From: an uncultured Planctomycetota bacterium
GTDB lineage: Bacteria; Planctomycetota; Planctomycetia; Isosphaerales; Isosphaeraceae
DNA: 64,000 nt
NCBI GenBank assembly: GCA_963737655.1
Contig: CAVTTN010000002.1
Span: 4,672,001 to 4,736,000, forward strand
Direction of reading: 5' to 3'
The notes below the pieces were generated by a model. The model ran no database searches, was not told the origin of the DNA, and was given only the letters and a program-made list of their open reading frames with translations. Shown here piece after piece: positions 60,471-64,000 of this stretch; within the stretch, counting starts at the first letter, position 1; every line of letters starts with the position of its first letter. The position numbers were made by a program, and so were the translations under genes.

Positions 60471-60983
60471 ATGGCCGCGACGCGTTCGCCCAGGACCCGC
60501 CAGTTCCCGACCCACATCGAGATCCCCGCCGACAAGCGCGAGGCGCTGATCGAGAAGCTCAACGCCTCCCTGGCCGACACCTTCGACCTCTTCAGCCAGA
60601 CCAAGCAGGCCCACTGGAACGTCAAGGGGAAGGACTTCTACCAGCTCCACCTGCTCTTCGACGAGATCGCCGGGGAAATCGAGGAATTCGTGGATATGAT
60701 CGCCGAGCGCTGCACCAGCCTCGGCGGCTACGCCACGGGGACCGTCCGGATGGCCGCCCAGAGCTCGAGCCTGCCGGAATATCCGACCGACGCGATCGCC
60801 GGGATGGACCACGTCGCCGCCCTGGTCGAGCGGTTCTCGCTCTACGCCGCGAAGGTCCGTCGCGAGATCGACGAGACCGACGACCTGGGCGACCCCTCGA
60901 CGGCCGACCTCTTCACCGAGATTTCCCGGGTCGTCGACAAGCGGCTCTGGTTCCTCGAAGCCCACATCCAGGACCAGGAATAA
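60471..60983 (+). CDS. dps: DNA starvation/stationary-phase protection protein Dps
   Basis: KQAHWNVKG...LHLLFDE, DMIAER, LWFLEAH. Confidence 0.93.
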   Translation: MAATRSPRTRQFPTHIEIPADKREALIEKLNASLADTFDLFSQTKQAHWNVKGKDFYQLHLLFDEIAGEIEEFVDMIAERCTSLGGYATGTVRMAAQSSSLPEYPTDAIAGMDHVAALVERFSLYAAKVRREIDETDDLGDPSTADLFTEISRVVDKRLWFLEAHIQDQE

Positions 60984-61067
60984 GGCCCGAGACCGCCTGA
61001 CCGGCGACCGCTCTTGACGCCCGCCTCCCGGATTTGCAAAATTCTTCGCAAATCCGGGAGACTCGCG

Positions 61068-61096
61068 TTCACAACCGGGCGGGGATATTGTATAGT
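61068..61096 (+). promoter_or_regulatory. Sigma70-type promoter of the XRE gene
   Basis: TTCACA-17 nt-TATAGT, followed 7 nt later by the ATG. Confidence 0.55.
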
Positions 61097-61103
61097 GACT
61101 GTC

Positions 61104-61541
61104 ATGAAAATCGACGAAAAGCTCCGCAAACAGATGCTGGACAAGGGCTTCAATCAACAGAAGCTCGCCCGAGCGTCGGGTGTGAGCGACTCGGAAGTCT
61201 CCCGCATCCTCGGGGGGAAATCCCAGCCGGGGCTGGAGAACGCCCTCCGATTGGCCCGCGCCCTGGGCGTCTCGCTCGACTATCTGGCCGATCAGGCGCT
61301 CGACCACGAGGCCGGGGCGCCCCGGGACGCCGGCGGATCGATCGAGGCCGAGATCCTCGAATCGGCCCGGAGCCTCGGGGTTCGGCACGCCCGCCGGATC
61401 CTGGAGACGGCCGCCGACCTCGGCTACGAGGTCGCGATCCGCCGCCTCCTGGAGATCAAGCCGCTGATCGAGGTCGGCGAGCCCCCGAGAGTCGCCCCGA
61501 TCCCGACGATCATGCCCGATCGCCGGGCCTCGACCGGTTGA
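61104..61541 (+). CDS. XRE-family transcriptional regulator
   Basis: QQKLARASGVSDSEVSRILGG...LARALGVSLDYL. Confidence 0.88.
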   Translation: MKIDEKLRKQMLDKGFNQQKLARASGVSDSEVSRILGGKSQPGLENALRLARALGVSLDYLADQALDHEAGAPRDAGGSIEAEILESARSLGVRHARRILETAADLGYEVAIRRLLEIKPLIEVGEPPRVAPIPTIMPDRRASTG

Positions 61542-61580
61542 CCTCGGCGGAACCGCGGCCCCGGCCCCCTCGATGCCTCG

Positions 61581-62999
61581 TCAGAATTGCTTCCGCTGCC
61601 GGCTGGAGGGGATGCGGAGGGCCTTGCGATACTTGGTCACCGTCCTCCGGGCGACGGGGAAGCCGCTTTGCGCCAGGGCATCGACGATTTCTTCGTCGGA
61701 CAACGGGCTCTGCTTGTCTTCCTTGGCGATGATTTCCAGCAATTTCTGCTTGATCGTCTCCCAGGCCACTTCCTCGCCGTCGGTCGTGGTGGTCCCCCCG
61801 CCGAAGAAACGCTTCAGGGGGAAGATGCCCCGGGGGGTCTGGACCCACTTGTCATCGACGGCCCGGCTGACCGTGGTCACGTGGACGTGGACCTGGTCGG
61901 CGATCTGCTGCATCTTCAGCGGCTCGATCCACTCCGGGCCCTTGTCCAGGAAGTCCTTCTGGTGCTCGATGATCGCCCGGGCGACCTTGAGCAGGGTATT
62001 CCGCCGTTGCTCGATCGATTCGATCAGCCAGCGGGCGGACTGGATCTTCTTCTGGATGAACTCGCGGGCCGCGGCGTCGCCCTGCTTGTTCTTCAGGAGC
62101 TTCTGGTAGTATCGCGAGATGGCGAGCTGGGGGGTGTGCTCGTCCTGGAGCCGGACCTGATAGACGCCGTGTTCGTCGGCCTCGACGACCAGGTCGGGCA
62201 GGACGTACTGGGCGCCGGTGGCGATGAACCGGGAGCCGGGGCGGGGGTCGAGGTGGCGGAGGTGGCCGATGGCTTCCTTGATCTGATCGATCGACAGGCC
62301 GGTCTTCTTCTCGATGGCCGGCAGGCGGTTCTGCTGGAGGTCGTCGATGTGATTGGAGATCAGGACGTAGAGGGTCTCTCGGCTGGGGGTCTCGGGCGTG
62401 AGCTGCAAGAGGAGGCATTCACGGAGGTCTCGGGCGCCGACGCCCAGCGGGTCGAGCTTCTGGACCAGGCGGAGGGCCTCGTCGGCCTCGGCCATCGTGG
62501 CGTCTCCGGCGAAGTCGCGAAGGGCCTCCTGCAGGCTGACTTTCAGGTAGCCATTCTCGTCCAGGTTGTGGATCAGGTATTCGGCCAGGGCGCGGACGGT
62601 GGGATCGGTGTCGAGGAAGGCGAGCTGATCGGCCAAATCGTCGTGGAGGGACCGGGGGCGTGAGGCCATGTTCTGCATGGCGTCGTGCTTGCGGTCGGCC
62701 TCCTCGCTGAGGGCGGCCCGGCTGGGGCGGTGGGCGTCCTGGAACGAGTCATTCCAGTCGTCGCCGTCCTCGAACGGGGCCTCTTCGGCCGGGGCTTCGA
62801 CCGGGGCGGGTTCCTCGCCGTCGGTCTCCCCCGGGGCGGTCTCGCGAAGCTCCAGGACGGGGTTCTCGCTCAGCTCCTGGTCGATTCGCTCCTGGAGCGC
62901 CATCAGCGGCAGTTGGAGGATTTCCATCGACTGGATCATCCGCGGCGCCATGCGAAGCCGCATGTCGGTCCGCATCTGCTGCGAGGTGTCGAGACGCAT
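61581..62999 (-). CDS. rpoN: RNA polymerase sigma-54 factor
   Basis: MIQSMEILQLP, GARDLRECLLLQL, TTVSRA, RpoN box ARRTVTKYR. Confidence 0.95.
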   Translation of the reverse strand: MRLDTSQQMRTDMRLRMAPRMIQSMEILQLPLMALQERIDQELSENPVLELRETAPGETDGEEPAPVEAPAEEAPFEDGDDWNDSFQDAHRPSRAALSEEADRKHDAMQNMASRPRSLHDDLADQLAFLDTDPTVRALAEYLIHNLDENGYLKVSLQEALRDFAGDATMAEADEALRLVQKLDPLGVGARDLRECLLLQLTPETPSRETLYVLISNHIDDLQQNRLPAIEKKTGLSIDQIKEAIGHLRHLDPRPGSRFIATGAQYVLPDLVVEADEHGVYQVRLQDEHTPQLAISRYYQKLLKNKQGDAAAREFIQKKIQSARWLIESIEQRRNTLLKVARAIIEHQKDFLDKGPEWIEPLKMQQIADQVHVHVTTVSRAVDDKWVQTPRGIFPLKRFFGGGTTTTDGEEVAWETIKQKLLEIIAKEDKQSPLSDEEIVDALAQSGFPVARRTVTKYRKALRIPSSRQRKQF

Positions 63000-63150
63000 A
63001 ATCCTGGGTCCCGCCGCGAAGGAGAGAGGGAAGCGGTCGTCCACGATGGCCTAGACGGCCCGGCCGGACCTCGGCGGAAAGGCGTTGGGGCCGTCAGCCC
63101 ACGGTGCAAATCTTATACCAAGACTCGCGTCAGGGCAAGAGGGGACCGCC

Positions 63151-63771
63151 TCAGAACCGCTGGCGACCGGCGAGGGCGTCGGCCAGCATCTCCTTGTTGG
63201 CGAACTCCAGGGCGCCGCCGGAGGCCAGCCCGCGCGCCAGTCGCGTCACGGGAACTCCTGTCTCGGAAAGGGCTTGTGCCACCAGGAGCGCCGTGCCGTC
63301 GCCTTCGAGGTTCGGGTTCGTGGCCAGGATCACCTCGGAGACTCCGCCGGCCCGGACGCGATCGGCCAGCGCCTCGATGGTGAGCTGCTCGGGCCCGAGG
63401 CCTTGCAACGGCGCGAGCCGGCCGAGCAGGACGTGGTAGACCCCGCGGTAGGTTCCGGCCTTTTCCAAAGCGAGGAGGTCGCGAGGCTGTTCGACCACGC
63501 ACACCAGCGACGCCTCCCGCCGCGGATCTCGGCAGACGCTGCACAGCTCGTGGTCGGATTCGGTCAGGTGGAAGCATCGGGTGCAGTGGCGGATGCGGTC
63601 CTTGGCGTCCCGGATCGCGTCGGCCAGCGCCAGCGCCTCTTCCGGCGGGCACTTGAGGAGATGATGCGCGAGCCTCTCCGCGCTCTTGGCGCCGATGCCC
63701 GGGAGCCGGCCCAGGGCGGCGACCAGGCGATCCACGGCCGAGCTGACCCCGCCTCCGTCCTGGATCGCCAC
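63151..63771 (-). CDS. recR: Recombination mediator RecR
   Basis: LPGIGAKSAER, C4 zinc finger, CVVE, YHVL, ATNPNLEGD. Confidence 0.96.
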   Translation of the reverse strand: MAIQDGGGVSSAVDRLVAALGRLPGIGAKSAERLAHHLLKCPPEEALALADAIRDAKDRIRHCTRCFHLTESDHELCSVCRDPRREASLVCVVEQPRDLLALEKAGTYRGVYHVLLGRLAPLQGLGPEQLTIEALADRVRAGGVSEVILATNPNLEGDGTALLVAQALSETGVPVTRLARGLASGGALEFANKEMLADALAGRQRF

Positions 63772-63774
63772 GGC

Positions 63775-64000
63775 TCAGGCCCCTCCGCCCATCAGGCCCG
63801 AGAGGCCGGGGATCGGCAGGCCGCCGGCCACCCCCTGGATCGATTTGGCCGCCGCTTCCCTCGCCTTGGTCATCGCCTGGTTCACGGCGGCCGTCACGAG
63901 GTCCTCGAGCAATTCGCGGTCGCCGTCGGCCAGGAGCTTCGGATCAATCCTCACCGAGAGCAGCTCCATCCGGCCGTTGGCCTTCGCCGTGACGACCCCT
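63775..64000 (-). CDS. ybaB: YbaB/EbfC nucleoid-associated protein (5' end outside window)
   Basis: VTAKANG...IDP...DRELLEDLVTAAVNQA, directly upstream of recR. Confidence 0.88.
   Translation of the reverse strand, partial: GVVTAKANGRMELLSVRIDPKLLADGDRELLEDLVTAAVNQAMTKAREAAAKSIQGVAGGLPIPGLSGLMGGGA

Overview
This is GC-rich bacterial DNA, most likely a planctomycete of the Isosphaeraceae type, inferred from PEP-CTERM, LEPR-XLL-like, BlaI/M56, Uma2 and Gly-rich STN proteins. Positions 1-~11.0 kb are the right part of an element integrated at the 3' end of tRNA-Ser(TGA). It has a phage-satellite-like backbone: tyrosine integrase, XRE HTH, CHC2/Toprim primase, AAA_25 helicase, AlpA-like Xis and two TerS-like HTH genes. 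Its cargo is an integron-type attC cassette array. Each of the three visible attC sites carries an insertion at the same nucleotide of the R'' box: one IS110-family element and two nearly identical 379-bp transposase-free mini-elements. The mini-elements consist mostly of a homolog of the IS110 non-coding end (candidate bridge/seek RNA) and contain short segments matching the attC target and their own terminus. This apparent attC-homing, non-autonomous bridge-RNA element is the main finding. The remaining ~53 kb is core chromosome (valS, cimA, htpG, fabD, plsX, dps, rpoN, recR, ybaB, two further sigma factors, a GH2, an AsmA-like gene) with at least four GTAG-type REP families. About 15 single-base frameshifts, including one in fabD, suggest uncorrected long-read indels rather than real pseudogenes. 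All calls are from motif reading only; no database search was run.
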